From Camelus dromedarius (taxonomy: Eukaryota): a stretch of 64,000 nt of DNA. This document shows positions 31,676 through 45,174 of this stretch, in pieces. The position numbers were made by a program, and so were the translations under genes. The notes beneath the pieces were generated by a model that was not told the DNA's origin, ran no database searches, and saw only the letters and a program-made list of their open reading frames with translations. Numbering within the stretch: position 1 is the stretch's first letter; each line of letters begins with the position of its first letter. Location: contig NC_087437.1 in assembly GCF_036321535.1 (NCBI RefSeq), positions 65,288,001 to 65,352,000 of the forward strand. The letters run 5' to 3'.

Positions 31676-32756
31676 ACGTGATGGTTTTTATTAATCATCA
31701 TTGCTCATGAATTATTTTCTATTAAATTGTAATATCCTTATTCATTTATATAGTCACAGAAGTGCACAGCAAATAGGCATTATATTTTTTCAGGATCTGT
31801 ATTAGCTATATATTTTCCAACACTTACTTCAAGTAGAATTGTACCTCCGTTTATAGTCATGAATCACATTGAAATGTTGATCCCAAAGTTTCCCAAAGGA
31901 CTCTCAAATTTTCAGAGAATTGAAACTTTTGGTTAAATAATGCCATATATTCTGGTCTTAACTTCATGACTGTAATGATTCTTTGTTATGGGGGATAGCT
32001 GTAGTAGGCTTTATAACCTGTTGTGGAAATCAAGATTTGATCAGACTTCTTAAATACCTCTATCTTTGAATGAATTTGTTCTAAAGTTCTGAATGTTTGT
32101 CTGATCAGGAATCAGGAAGTATATGTGTTAAGGACAAGTTTTATGTACCTTCAGTGCTAGAGTTTAGAGGGATAAAAACATTCACTTAAATTTAATAAAT
32201 ATGTGCTGGTTTATTTTCCAGGTATTGGGGATATAATTGTAAATAAGATAGTTTTTGACCTATGTCTTTGTAAAATTGAAGGTGCATTATTTTAGAGAAT
32301 ATACTGACTCCAAATACGAAATCATACCTACTTCTTCTCAGAGAAATAAGACTCTTGATTTTTAGGGAGTTTCTTAGTGTTAAGAATCACTGAGTTTGCT
32401 ACAGAATTTTTGTGGTGTGCAGGTGATCTTTGTTTTGCTTGAGTTATAGAAATTCAAAATGTAGCTTTTAAGAAACTTTAAAAAGTTAACTTTAAACTAT
32501 TTTAGTCATTATTATAGACCTATTTTAAGAAATCTTTGGTAAATTTTTCATAGTGACAGTTGTCTTAATTGATGGGAAGCCTAGAAAGATCTTACATACA
32601 CCTAAAAATGACTATCCACATAATGCATATTGTAGGGATCTGAAAAACTTGTGTGTTAAATAGTTTTTTTTTTATTATTTTTATCATTGTTTTAAGGCTC
32701 CGTTTAATGGCTTTATTTTTAGAGATTTTTACCTATTTCACTTTCGATTTATGTAG

Positions 32757-32900
32757 TTCGTTCCCCTCAGGAAAACCCTATTAGAGATGATGGATTTCCT
32801 GTTAAAGGTTGTGATGACATCTTGGTGGTTGGACTGGCAGTATGCTGGGGTGGAAGAGATGCCTACTATTTTTCATTGCAGAGGGAACAAAAGCATTCTG
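32757..32900 (+). CDS. POLQ: POLQ exon ~17 (VRSPQENPIRDDGFPVKGCDDILVVGLAVCWGGRDAYYFSLQREQKHS)
   Basis: atgtag| acceptor, G|gtaagt donor, 144 bp, phase 1 to 1. The ORF track shows a different frame; translated by hand. Confidence 0.93.
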
Positions 32901-33084
32901 GTAAGTAATCACTATTTGGCTAAGTCACTATATAATTTTAATGTAACCGCTATGAGGATAGTGACTTTTTTGTTGAGAACAGTTCCTTGATATTTGCCTA
33001 GAATTTATTTTTTAGAATTAAAAAAAATTTTTTTTAATAGTGGCTGTTATGTACGTTATTTCATATATTAACTGGAGTGATGTC

Positions 33085-36000
33085 CTTTTTAAATTTATTT
33101 TTTTGATTGAAGTATAGTCGGTTTACAGTATTATATCAATTTCTGGTGTATAGCATAATGTTTCAGTCATACATATACATACGTATATTCCTTTTCATAT
33201 TCTTTTCATTATAGCTTACTACATGATATTGAATATAGTTCCCTGTGCTATACAGTTTAAACTTGTTGTTTATCTATTTTATACATGGTAGTTAGTATAT
33301 GCAAATCTTGAGCTCCCAGTTTATCCCTTCCCACCACTCCATTCCCTGACTGGTAACCATAAGTTTATTTTCCATGTCTGTGAGTCTGTTTCTGCTTTGT
33401 AAATAGGTTCATTTGTGTCTTTTTTTTTTTTTTTTTTTTTAAGATTCCACATACAAGTGATATCATATGGTATTTTTCTTTCTCTTTCTGGCTTCACTTA
33501 GAAACTGACAACCTCTGTGTCCATCCATGTTGCAGCAAATGGCATTATTTTATTCTTTTTTATGGCCAAGTAGTATTCCATTGTATATATATAACCACAA
33601 CTTCTTTTTCCAGTCATCTGTCGATGGACATTTAGGTTGTTTCCATGTCTTAGCTATTGTAAATTGTGCTGCTGTGAATATTGGGGTGCATGTATCTTTT
33701 TGAATTAGAGTTCCCTCCAGATATGTGCCCAGGAGTGGGATTGCTGGATCTTATGATAGGTCTATTTTTACTTTTTTAAGGAACCTCTATACTGTTTTCC
33801 ATAATGGCTACACCAAACTACATTTCCACCAACAGTGTAGGAGGATTCCCTTTTCTCCACACCCTCTCCAGCATTTATTGTTTGTGGATGTTTTAATGAT
33901 GGCCATTCTCCCTGGGGTAGACTGCCCTAGGAGAACATTGTTCAGATTTATGTTGGAGAATGTTTTGCTTATGTTTTAGGCTGCCCTAGGAGAACATTGC
34001 TCAGATTTATGTTGGAGAATGGTTTGCCTACGTTTTCTTCTAGGTGATTTATAGTATCTTGTCTTATGTTTAAGTCTTTAAGCCATTTTTAGTTTTCTTT
34101 TGTGTATGTTGTGAGGGAGTGTTCTAACTTCGCTGAATTACATGTGGCTGTCCAGTTTTCCCAACACCACCTGCTGCAGAGACTGTCTTTTCTCCATTGT
34201 ATATTCTTGCCTCCTTTGTTGAAGATTAATTAATTAATTAAAGTGTATAGGTTTATTTTTGGGGTCTCTATTCTGTTCGATTGATCCATATGTCTTTTTG
34301 GGCCAATATCTTGCTATTTTAATTACTGTAGTTCTGCAGTATTATTTGGAGTCTGGAGGGTTATTCCTCCAGCTTCATTTGTTTTTTTTCAGTATTGCTT
34401 TGGTGATTCTGGGTCTTTTATGATTCCATATACATTTTAGGATTATTCTAGTTCTGTGAGAAATGTTATGGGTAATTTGATAGGGATCACATTAAATCTG
34501 TAGATTACCTTGGGCAGTATGGCCGTTTTAACAATATTGATTCTTCCAATCCTAGAGCATGGGATAGCTTTCTATTTTTTAAAGTCATCTTTAATTTCCT
34601 TAATCAGTGTTTTGTAGTTCTCCATATATAAGTCTTTCACCTCCTTGATCAGATTTATTCCTAAGTATTTTATTGTTTTGGATGTAATTTTAAAAGGGAT
34701 TGTTTCTTTACTTTCTTTTCCTGTTATTTCATTGTTAGTGTAAAGAAATGCAGCTGATTTCTGTATGTTAATCTTGAATCCTGCTACCTTGCCAAATTCT
34801 TTATCAGCTCTAGTAGTTTTGTGTGGAACTTTTAGGGTTTTCTATATATATATATTATCATGTCATCCACACATAGTGACAGTTTTACCTCTTCTCTTCC
34901 AATTTGGATCCCTTTTATTTATTTTTCTTGCCTGATTGCTGTGGCTAGGACTTCCAAGACTCTATTGAATAGAAGTGGTGAGAGTAGGCATCCTTGTCTT
35001 GTTCCAGATTTTAGTGGGAAGGCTTTCAGTTTTTCACCATTGAGTATTATGCTGGCTGTTATAAACAGCTTTTATTATGTTGAGATATGTTCCCTCTGTA
35101 CCCACTTTTGTAAGAGTTTTTAATCATAAATGGGTGTTGAATTTTATCAATTGCTTTTTCTGCATCTATTGAGATGATTATATGATTTTTGTTCTTTCTT
35201 TTGTTGATGTGGTATATCACACTGATTGATTTGCATATGTTGAACCATCCTTGTGTCCCTGGATGAATCCAGCTTGATCATGGTGTATGATCTTTTTTAT
35301 GTGTTGGATTTTGTTTGCTAATATTTTGTTGAGGATTTTGGCATCTATGTTCATCAATGATATTGGCCTGTAATTTTCTTTTTTTGGTAGTGTCTTTGTC
35401 TGGTTTTGGTATCAGGGAGATGGTGGCTTCACAGAATGAGTTTGGCAGTATTCCCTCCTTTTCAATCTTCTGAAAGAGTTAGAGAATGATAAGTATGAGT
35501 TCTTTATATGTTTGGTAGAATTCCCAAGGAAGCCATCTGGTCCAGGACTTTTGTTTGTAGGGAGGTTTTTTAATTGCTGATTCTATTTCATTTCTAGCGA
35601 TCAGTTTCTTCAAGTGGTCTATTTCTTCTCGATTCAGTTTTGATGCTCTGTATGTTTCCAGAAACTTGTCCATTTCTTTTAGGGTGTCCAGTTTGTTTCC
35701 ATATAGTTGTTAGTAGTATTTTCTTTTTTTTGTATTTTTGTAGTAATGGTTGTAATTTCTCCATTTTTCTTTCTTATTTTGTTTATTTGTGTTCTTTCTC
35801 TTTTCTTGGTGAGCCTGGCCAGAGGTTTGTCAATTTTGTTTACTCTTTTAAAAAGCAAGCTCTTGGTTTGATTGATTTTTTCTATTGTTTTTAATCTCTG
35901 TTTTGTTTATTTCCTTCCTGATCTTTATTATTTCCTTCCTTCTGCTGGCTTTAGGTTTTGTTTGCTCTTCTTTTTCTAACTCTTTTAGGTGATAGGTTAA

Positions 36001-36917
36001 GTTATTTACTTGTGATTGTTCCTGTTTTTGAGGAAGGTCTTTATCACTATGAACTTCCCTCTTAGGACTTCTTTTCCTATAGATTTTGTATGGTTGTATT
36101 TTCATTGTCTTTTGTCTCAAGGTATTTTTAAATTTCTTTTTTGATTTCATTGTTGACCTATTGGTTTTTTTAGTAGCATGTTGTTTAGTCTCCACGCAGT
36201 CATTTTTTTTCTCATTTTTTGGTTTTTTTTTCCTTCCCTCCTGAGATTGATTTCTAGTTTCATGCCATTGTGGTCAAAAGATGCTTGGGATAGTTTCTAT
36301 CCTCTTAAATTTTTTGAGGCTTCTTTTGTGTCTGAGTATGTTGTCTATCCTAGAGAGTGTTCTGTGTGCACTTGAAAAGAACGTATATTCTGTTTTTTGG
36401 AATGTAATATCCTAAAAATATCAGCTAAGTCTAGCTGTTCTGTTATGTCATTTAGTATCTCTGTTGCCTTATTGATTTTCTGTCTGGAAGATCTATCCAA
36501 TGATGTTAGTGTGGTGTTAAAATCTCCTATTATTATGTTCCTATCAATTTCTCCCTTTATTTCTGTTAGTATTTGTTTTGTATATTTAGGTGCTCCTATA
36601 TAGGGTGCATATATGATAACAAGTGTAATATCCTCTTGTATTGCTCTTTTTATCAGTATATACTGTCCTTCTTTATCTTTATGGCCTTTGTTTTAAAGTC
36701 TATTTTGCCTGAGTATTGCTACTCCCACTTTCTTGTCATTTCCATTTGCATGAAATATCTTTTCCATCCTCTCGCTTTCAGTCTATGTGTTCTCTTCACC
36801 CTGAAGTGGGTGTCTTGTAGGCAGCTTATTGTAGGCTCTTGTATTACCACCCAATCTGCTGCTCTATATCTTTTGATTGGAGCCATTTAGTCCATTGACT
36901 TTTACAGCAATTATTGT
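33085..36917 (-). mobile_element. ~3.8 kb L1 (degraded ORF2 and 3'UTR)
   Basis: Reverse ORFs MDKFLETY...LNREEID and HLKELEKEEQTKPKASRRKEIIKIR are ORF2; partial TSD gatgtc(c/t)t. Confidence 0.93.
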
Positions 36918-37768
36918 GAAACGATGTCTTAAGAAGTACCACTACCACCTCTCCCACCTTTACTCCCTGTTGCTTGTCAGATGAGGCTATTAATACTATG
37001 TTTTCTTCCTGAGGGAAGTACAGCTTTAAGGACTCCCTGGCCACCTTGAGGATTTACTTTTGAAGATTGGATCATAGCAGTTTCTTTCCAGACATTTTTC
37101 CTCCTATTGACTGCGTCTGGAAGTCATTTGGAGGCAGTGATAAGTAGACATCTACAGTAACTGAATCACACAGCCTTTGGAGAAATCTTTGGAATTAAAA
37201 GGATATGATCTAGGGAAATACCTTGTGATCTGATTATGGTTGTTGGATACCTAGCTGATTGTTGGTTTTAGACAGGAGCAAAATTAACAAGGAAACATTT
37301 TTTTAAATGCCATATAATGCCTGTTCCTGAGTTAAGCATGAAATATTATCAGTTGTTTTGTGGGAAAATATGTTAGAGTGAGTAGTTCCTTGAACTACTA
37401 CTTCTTTTATTTTAGATATATCATTACACATTCATACTAAATCTCCTTTAAAAAGGAGTTTCTTTAAAATTCATTTCAGTATAACTTTTCTGTCTTTTAA
37501 TTCTACATTCTGAGAAATATAAATTTAGGAATCTTGATATTTAGAACTTTCTCCCTCCTAACTAAATAGAGCATTATAAATCACCTAGCCCAAACCATAA
37601 TTTTTAGATTACAAAATAGTTCATCTTTATAGGCAACATGACCTGGATAAGGTCATGCTGAACTAAATCCTGAGGCTTCTGAGTCTTTTTGGTCTTGACA
37701 GTAGAGATTGCTGCTTCAAATGATGTATATACTTTTTGCCTTTAGGGTTTTTTTTTTTTTTTTTTTAG

Positions 37769-37965
37769 AAATTAGTGCCAGTTTGTCTGCACCTTCTCTG
37801 GATCCAAGCCTGACTGTGAAAGACAGAATGTGGCACCTTCAATCTTGCTTTCGAAAGGAGTCTGATAAAGAACGTTCTGTTATCATTTATGACTTCATCC
37901 AGAGCTATAAAATTCTTCTTCTGTCTTGTGGCATCTCCCTGGAACAGAGTTACGAAGATCCTAAG
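37769..37965 (+). CDS. POLQ: POLQ exon ~18 (EISASLSAPSLDPSL...SYEDPK)
   Basis: Poly-T then ag| acceptor, AAG|gtcctc donor (weak), 197 bp, phase 1 to 0. Confidence 0.93.
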
Positions 37966-39162
37966 GTCCTCTGAATTATTTAAAAATTTTTTACATTCTT
38001 AAAAAATATATTTTTTTAATGTTTAGGGTTAATTTTTAAATGACTTGGTATATATTTAGCTCCAAAAATGCAGCTTTAAGTATTTTAGTCACTCCTTTTT
38101 CAGTAATCTCACCCACCCAGAAGAGAGTATTATACACCAAATGCCTCTGTATAGCTAAAAACTGAGATATCACAAAATCTAAGTACTAAAGTTTACATCT
38201 TTCCTCAGATATTTAAAAGATACTCATTTTGATCATAAGTTCTAAATTTCCTATCTTACAGTAAATTAGAAATGAAAGAACTGTCAGATTTAGATATATG
38301 ATAGCAGGGTATTTCAAATACCCATGAGGTTAGAGGTGGAAAATAGTTAAAGTGTATAGGTATAAGAGATCAAAAAGGATAGTAGTTAGAGGCTATTTAG
38401 CATAGGGACAAAAACTCTTACTATCCCCTAAGAACTTTTCTATATAATAGCAAAGTATGATACACTCTTCATAATGATGACTCTGAGTTATTAAGGAAAA
38501 GGTGATGTGTGTTATTGTAATAAGCAATTAACAGTACAATGTGCTTTCAGAAGACATTTATTTACAGTATCATAGCCCTCAAAGGGATATCATTTTTTCC
38601 TTCCATTGGTACTAGATACATGAGATGTGTGGAATACTAATTTTGAGTTTAGATATGATACTAATTGATTGTTATAATCAATATAATCAATAATAGGGTG
38701 ATTTTTAGCTTCTTAGCTTCTTTTGCTCTTTTGGCAAAGATTTTCAAAGGCAGCATTGAAAGAATTAAACCTAAAACTATATGGGCCCATCTTTATTAAG
38801 GTAGTAGATAAGCCAAAATCAGCCTTAGTGGAGAAGAGTCCAGCTGCATTTTTAGAAACATAATTTTTGTTAGTTGAGAGGCACCTGGGTTTCAGGCCTA
38901 CTTCTGAAGTAGATTAGCAGGAACATTGGAGTAATGGAAACATATAAATTTTCCTTCTTTGAAGGCCATTGCTCTTATTGGTATCAAAAATGAGTCCTGT
39001 TACAATTATCTTTTCCTTCTACTCTTCTGGAAAGACCACTGAAAAAGTATTAAGTGAAAATGAGAGATTAGAAATGAGCTTTCTTTTTTGCCTTTTTAAT
39101 TTAAGGGTGCAGAAATGTCTTTTTGAAAAATCAAGAGAATTTCTGATTGTTATCCCATTCAG

Positions 39163-39403
39163 GTGGCGTGCTGGTTACTAGATCCAGATTCCAAGGAACC
39201 AACTCTTCACAGCATAATTTCCCGTTTTCTTCCTCATGAGCTTCCACTCCTGGAAGAGATAGAGACTGGCCAAGGAACTCAAAGCCTGGGGCTAAATGTC
39301 AGCACTGAGCATTCTGGGCGATACAGAGCATCTGTAGAGTCCATCCTTATCTTCAACTCTATGAATCAACTCAGTTCTTTGTTGAAGAAGGAAAACCTTC
39401 AAG
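39163..39403 (+). CDS. POLQ: POLQ exon ~19 (VACWLLDPDSKEPTLHS...KENLQ)
   Basis: ttcag| acceptor, G|gtaaaa donor, 241 bp, phase 0 to 1. Confidence 0.95.
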
Positions 39404-41253
39404 GTAAAAACACAGTTCCGAACATTTTTATGATGTTATAGACTGGGGATAGTTATGTATTTAGCCATTCTTTATCATAGGTGGATAATTTATGATTTTT
39501 ATGCAAACCCTATCTTTTGATTTTCTAATGCGGGGATCAACAAAGTTCTTTCTGTGAATGATGGTGAATATTTTTCTTTTTGCAGTCCAGACAGTCTCAA
39601 CCACCAATATTCGGCTCTGCCTGTTTCTATTCATCTTGTTTGATTTTGTAAATAATTTGCTCATAATTGTGCATAGTCGTGCTCTGTTCTGAGTAATGAT
39701 ACCATATCTGTAATTCTTAGGGCTCTAAATCTGTCTTTTGTTGTTTCTGCTGCGTCCTATTCTTATGTCTTTTCTGTCTTGTATTTTTCATACTCTTTTT
39801 AAGTTCATACAAGGTTTGATCATTGGAGCCCTACAGGCCTTACTTGGGGGCAGCCTTCCTCTAGAAGCCTCTTTACTCTGGCTTTTGCTAGTTATTAAAC
39901 TACAGTGCATCCAAGGGCTACATTAGCTTTTCTTGAGAGTTTTGGTTCAGGAGTGTGAGAATCAGCTTCTCCTCCTATTGCTATTTCAAAGATCTGTTAT
40001 CCCCTCAACCTTTTTGCAGTAGGACTCCATTCCCATTGCAACCCTGTTCCTTCCTGCTCTCTGTGGATCCAGGCTGGCTCACTGTCACTCTGATTTTGTG
40101 TTGCTCTGACTACTCTTATTCTGACCCTAGTTCTGCGTTTCTCTGGTCCCACATCCCATGAATTTCTGCTCTGGTTCTAGGCTTCGAAAGCCAGGCTGTG
40201 ACTGCTCAGTATCTTCTGACTATTAGAGGCCAGTAGCTCTCACTTGTTTGTTTGCTTTAGATGGTAGTTACATGTGTCCTTTGAGATTTCTCCCACTAAT
40301 TGAGACCAGCAGTACCTCAAAGAATGTGTGTATGTGGAGCTGGGAAGGGCAGGTCAGGGTTGCACAGAGTCCTAGTAGTAGTCCTAGTAATCATAGTACT
40401 GGAAGCGGAAATCTTTGTTATGGATTTTTTCTTAATGATTTAGGATTCCCACAGTGTGTTCTATGGACACTTACTTTTCAGGTTGTTAATAAATATATAT
40501 AATAAAGAGTTTTATGGTCCAATGATTTTGGATTTTTGGTTAAAACAAAGTTAAATATTTGTTCAGTTTTATTCAGAGCCTGTAGTATATTAATAGGCAT
40601 CAGAAATATCTAAAGATAATATATAATTGCTGAAATTCATAGGATACAGTGTCTCTCAAACCCACCCTTTTATAGAGCATTTTTGAGACTAATAATTCGA
40701 ATAAACATACTGGGAAAACTGATTTAGAATGACTGTTCTTTTGAGAAATGTGAACCGATAGAAGAATACTGATTCTTACTTCAGGAATCTTACTCTTTAC
40801 TCTTTGCTGAGAACATTGGGAAATATAAAACCTTCATATTTGGCTTTGTGCAAGCCTGCATACAGTGGGACCAGGAATACTGGAAATGATTTTGGGGAAT
40901 TAACCTTTTGTAGTCAGCTTAGCAAGATTGGCTACCTTGTTCTTGCTAAGAGTAGAAGCAGAAACATTTTGGGAGAAATGCAGTCTGTTATGATCCAGAC
41001 TATTCATAAGATTGCCCATTTTACTCTCTGCATAGACACGGATAGTAGTCCAGTGCTTAAGTGGAAAAGATGAAAGTACTTTAATGCCCTTCATTGATGG
41101 TTTGAGAGTTCTGTGCAGGAGACTGGATCTTGAAGGATAGCTTAGTAGCATCTCTGATTTTCCTGGAAAAATTCTATCTATGTTTAGGTTAATGATGCTG
41201 ATCTAGTCACTTAGGTGATGAATTAACATTTTTGCTTTCTTTTTTTTCCCCAG

Positions 41254-41447
41254 ATGTTTTCTGTAAAGTGGAAATGCCCTCCCAGTACTGCTTGGCCTTG
41301 CTAGAACTAAATGGAATTGGCTTTAGTACTGCAGAATGTGAAAGTCAGAAACACATAATGCAAGCCAAACTGGATGCAATTGAGACTCAGGCCTATCAAC
41401 TAGCTGGCCATAGTTTTTCCTTCACCAGTTCAGATGACATCGCTGAG
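41254..41447 (+). CDS. POLQ: POLQ exon ~20 (DVFCKVEMPSQYCLALLELNGIGF...DDIAE)
   Basis: ccccag| acceptor, GAG|gttgta donor, 194 bp, phase 1 to 0. Confidence 0.95.
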
Positions 41448-41481
41448 GTTGTATAATGGAAGTAGGGAATTGAGAAAAGTC

Positions 41482-41512
<31 letters not shown>

Positions 41513-41586
41513 GTGGTACTGGGATTTAACTCAGGACCTCATGCATGCTGAGCATGCATTCTACACTAAACTAATACCCACCCCCT
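41482..41586 (-). mobile_element. Vic-1-like SINE
   Basis: Poly-T tail, reverse B box, TSD agaaaagtc (41473-41481, 41587-41595). Confidence 0.88.
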
Positions 41587-41617
41587 AGAAAAGTCATTTT
41601 TAGAGTTAAAAATGATT

Positions 41618-41619
<2 letters not shown>

Positions 41620-41652
<33 letters not shown>
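41620..41652. repeat. (GT)n microsatellite
   Basis: About 16 GT units. Confidence 0.95.
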
Positions 41653-41654
<2 letters not shown>

Positions 41655-42224
41655 TTCCTAAATGTGTTTAACTTAAACACTAAAGATCAGTAAAACAAAA
41701 CAGTTAACCAGAATACTTTGAAGACAGAGTATTCTAACATCTCCTTTGTAAGTTTATACCTTTATTTATGAATAGGGAAGTAATAAAGAAGGCTTCTAGA
41801 ATGTATGCTTCATAAGGAGATTTGCCTGGAACAGGAGAGGCACTCAGTAAACATTTGTTGTATGAACAAGAGCCGTCGTGGTAGTTGTATAACAATGTAG
41901 ATGTTTCTCCATGAAGTTAGTCATTTCATGAACTCTCACTCATTCCTCATCGCAAGATCTTTTTTTAGAATACAAAATTAGGTATTTTTTTAGATATTAG
42001 TAAAAAAAAGATTTTTGTGTCTGTTTTCTTTTAAAAACTTAATATTTTTATTGCCTTACATGAATTTTGACATAGTTTGCTCTTGTTTTTAGTTTTAAAG
42101 GTTGATGTTCTGTTTGCTTCTCTCCCCATACTCCATAAAGGGTGGTTGCATTGTTTTAGAGGAGTTACAGATTCAGGGTGGGTGCTTACACTTGATAGCT
42201 TTGAAGTTCTGTTTTCTAGATGTG

Positions 42225-42470
42225 ATTGAATATTATAGCATATTGTTAAATATTACAGACTTTAAAATCAGACTTCTTGGGTTTGCATGCTTCCTCCTGT
42301 ATTTATTAACTAACTCCATGACTTTAGGCCACTACATCAACTCTTTATATCTCAATTTCTTCATCAGTAAAATACACCGTGTTAGAAATACCTCATGGAG
42401 TTGTGAGGAATGAACAATACATATAAAACACTTAGAAAAGTGCCTCATAGTAAGGGCTCAGTAAATATTA
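42225..42470 (+). mobile_element. MIR
   Basis: catgactttaggc...ctcaatttcttcatcagtaaaat...gttgtgagga...ctcagtaaat. Confidence 0.7.
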
Positions 42471-43002
42471 TATAAAGGGCATAAAATGTCTCTCTTTTAA
42501 GCCACAGAGTTAAATGTTTGTTTTTTTTTTAAATGAAGAACTTTGTGGTATACTTTCTCCTAATGACATGGTATATTTGTATTGAATTTAGTGGTGTTTG
42601 GGGAGTGAAGTGAAGTGAATTTTAAATATTTTAAAATATTTTCTTTTGATTTCTTTAGTCCAGAAGTCCCTAAGCCAGTGCTTAGCTGGCTGCACATAAA
42701 ATTACATGGGAAACTTATCAAAAATAATAGAATCTCTGGATTTCAGCACAAGTAGACATAGGGCAAAGGCAGGAATGAGTACCTGTGTAATTCAGATGGG
42801 TGCTAAGGCATGTGAGCCTTAGGTCTAGGCTATGGTCCAGCCTAGAATAAAAGTCCTTTGATATTATTGGCTTGTTCTTAGGTTTTCATGTTAAAATGGA
42901 AGTTATACTAAAAGTAATCTAACAGTTTCATACAGCGACTGCTTTATCCTTGGTAATTTTAAGTTGAATCTTTGAACTGGGCAAGATGTTCTTAATCATC
43001 TA

Positions 43003-43207
43003 GAGCTGCACTATTCAGTAAAGGAGCCACTAGCCACTTGCAGCTATTTAAGTTAAATTAACTAAAATTAAATAAAATACATCAGTTAAATTTCCTAACC
43101 ACATTTCAAGATGTCAACTAGCCACACGTGGCTAGTGGCTACTATACTGGACAATACAAATATAGAACAGTTTTATTCTTGCGGAAAGTTCTTTTGGATA
43201 GCACTGG
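43003..43207. mobile_element. MER3-like hAT-Charlie element
   Basis: Internal inverted repeat agccactagccac / gtggctagtggct; flanked by tctaga sites. Confidence 0.75.
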
Positions 43208-43214
43208 TCTAGAG

Positions 43215-43437
43215 GAGGTATCAGCAAACTGACTTGAGGGCCAGATCTGACCTGTCACTTGTTTTTGTAAATAAAGTTTTATTGGAACACAGCTACAGCT
43301 GTTCATGTACTTATTGCCTGTGGCTGTTTTCATTCTATAATGGCACAGTTGAAAAGGTGTGACAGGCAGTAAAACCTGCAAAGCTAAAAATATTTATGAT
43401 CTGACCCTTTATAGAAAAAAAGTTTGCTGACCCTTGG
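43215..43437 (+). mobile_element. MER58A-like hAT-Charlie element
   Basis: TIRs tcagcaaact / agtttgctga; gtaaataaagttttattggaacacagc; TSD gtctagag / gtatagag. Confidence 0.8.
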
Positions 43438-43449
43438 TATAGAGGGACG

Positions 43450-43655
43450 CACAGGTTAGTGGGAAGAAAAAGGGCTTTAGAGTTAGAAGATTCTGGGTTC
43501 TAATTCTTAATTCTACTACTTTCTGGGCATACAACTTTGAGCAAGTTTCTCCAACTGTCCAAACTTTGACGGTTTATCATAGAGTTGTTATAAGGATTAC
43601 ATGGTAAAGCACCTAGCATAATGGCAAGCACATAGTAAGTGCTCAATAAATATTA
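43450..43655 (+). mobile_element. MIR
   Basis: ggctttagagttagaag...aaagcacctagcata...gtgctcaataaatatt. Confidence 0.7.
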
Positions 43656-43968
43656 GTGTCTCTTGCTCCCAACTAGTTCAACCCCCTCATTCACAGATGT
43701 GTTAATTGAGACCTGGAGAGGTAGCTTATATTTTTATTTATGTGAAGTTTTTATTATTAATTCTGAATGATTCACCAAAAATGGAAGTTTAAGATAAAGA
43801 ACTTTTAAATATGTGACTCGAGATCTTTAAATTGTCTTAATCATGCTAGGTCTTCCTTCCTGGGGTTATTGATTTATTGTTACTTTATTAATGTCTTATT
43901 TTTCCTATTCAGTTATTTTTTTCTCTCTTCTGTGCTGTCATTCATTCATGAACTCTTTGATATCTCAT

Positions 43969-44108
43969 TAGAGTTGCCTAATAAAATACAGGACACTCAG
44001 TTACATTTGAATTTCAGATAAACAATGGAAATATTTTAGTGTAAGTATGCCTCATGCAATTTAAATTTGACTGGGCATCCTATAATTTTATTTGCTAACT
44101 ATAACTCC
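43969..44108. mobile_element. MER53-like hAT element
   Basis: tagagttgcctaataaaatacaggacactcagttacatttgaatttcagataaacaa, with a partially complementary right arm. Confidence 0.7.
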
Positions 44109-45174
44109 AATCCCTATACATGCATATATTCATATCTATATAACACAATCTTTGGACAAATTACTTATTCACATCCATAGTAAGACTCACTACTTTTCAT
44201 GCCTGAGACCCCAGTTATTCCCACTACTTAAAAGTAGAACCAGATCTTTGTTTCTATCATTACTACTGTTGTAGGGAAACACAGGTATATCTTTACTTCT
44301 ACCCCCGTCCCATCTTGTAGAAAAAATTCTTTTCCAAAGGGTTTCAATTTTTAGAACTATTACAGGGAAAATAATCCAAGGTTCATTAAAGCTTACTCAA
44401 AGTATGGAAAGGAATGAGTAGAGATAGTAGACAGCGTTCTGAGTTGCCTAAGTTGCAACCCCTCTAATATGAACTAGCGAGTTTTTGGTATACATGGGAT
44501 CTTCCCTCTGCCCCAGACCCTGGATCCCTGTTCCATGTAAGCCTTGTTTCTTCAGTGGATGCTTACTGAACCTTCTCCAGCTTTTAGTATTGCTACATTA
44601 GATCAGCCACCTTCTCCTGACTTTGTGCCCAGGGACTCTCAGAGTCCAGTCTTGTGGTAATGGAATTAGATGACTCTTTGGGCCCCTTCCTACCTTAATG
44701 TTCTCTGATTTTTATGATCACACAATAGCCATGAAGGCGCCCATGCTGATCCTATGGGGCTTAAATGATTGAGCAGCCACATTGGTTACCACATCAAGGG
44801 GGTATTTAGGTGAGCTTAAAATCCTCAGAGCAACCTAAAGTCTCAATGCCAATAGCATTGCCAGTAGCTTATTTGTCAGTTGTTCAGCACAAAGTATACA
44901 TTCTTGTGTTCTTGACTGTTTAAAGGCCTGGTGTTAATATTAATGTGATACTGACTAAATCTGATATTGACTAAATACGGACAGCCTACTTGACATACAA
45001 GATTTCATTGCCATTATTTATTAAATGTGGTAATTTTAGATTGTCAAAAAAAATTCTTCCAACCCATATTGAACAGTATAGGGTTTTTTTTTTTCAAATA
45101 ACTTTTTAAAATGTTTTCTGAATGATAATACTTGTGATTTGTTTCTTGACTCAAGAGGCATTAATTTCTTACAG

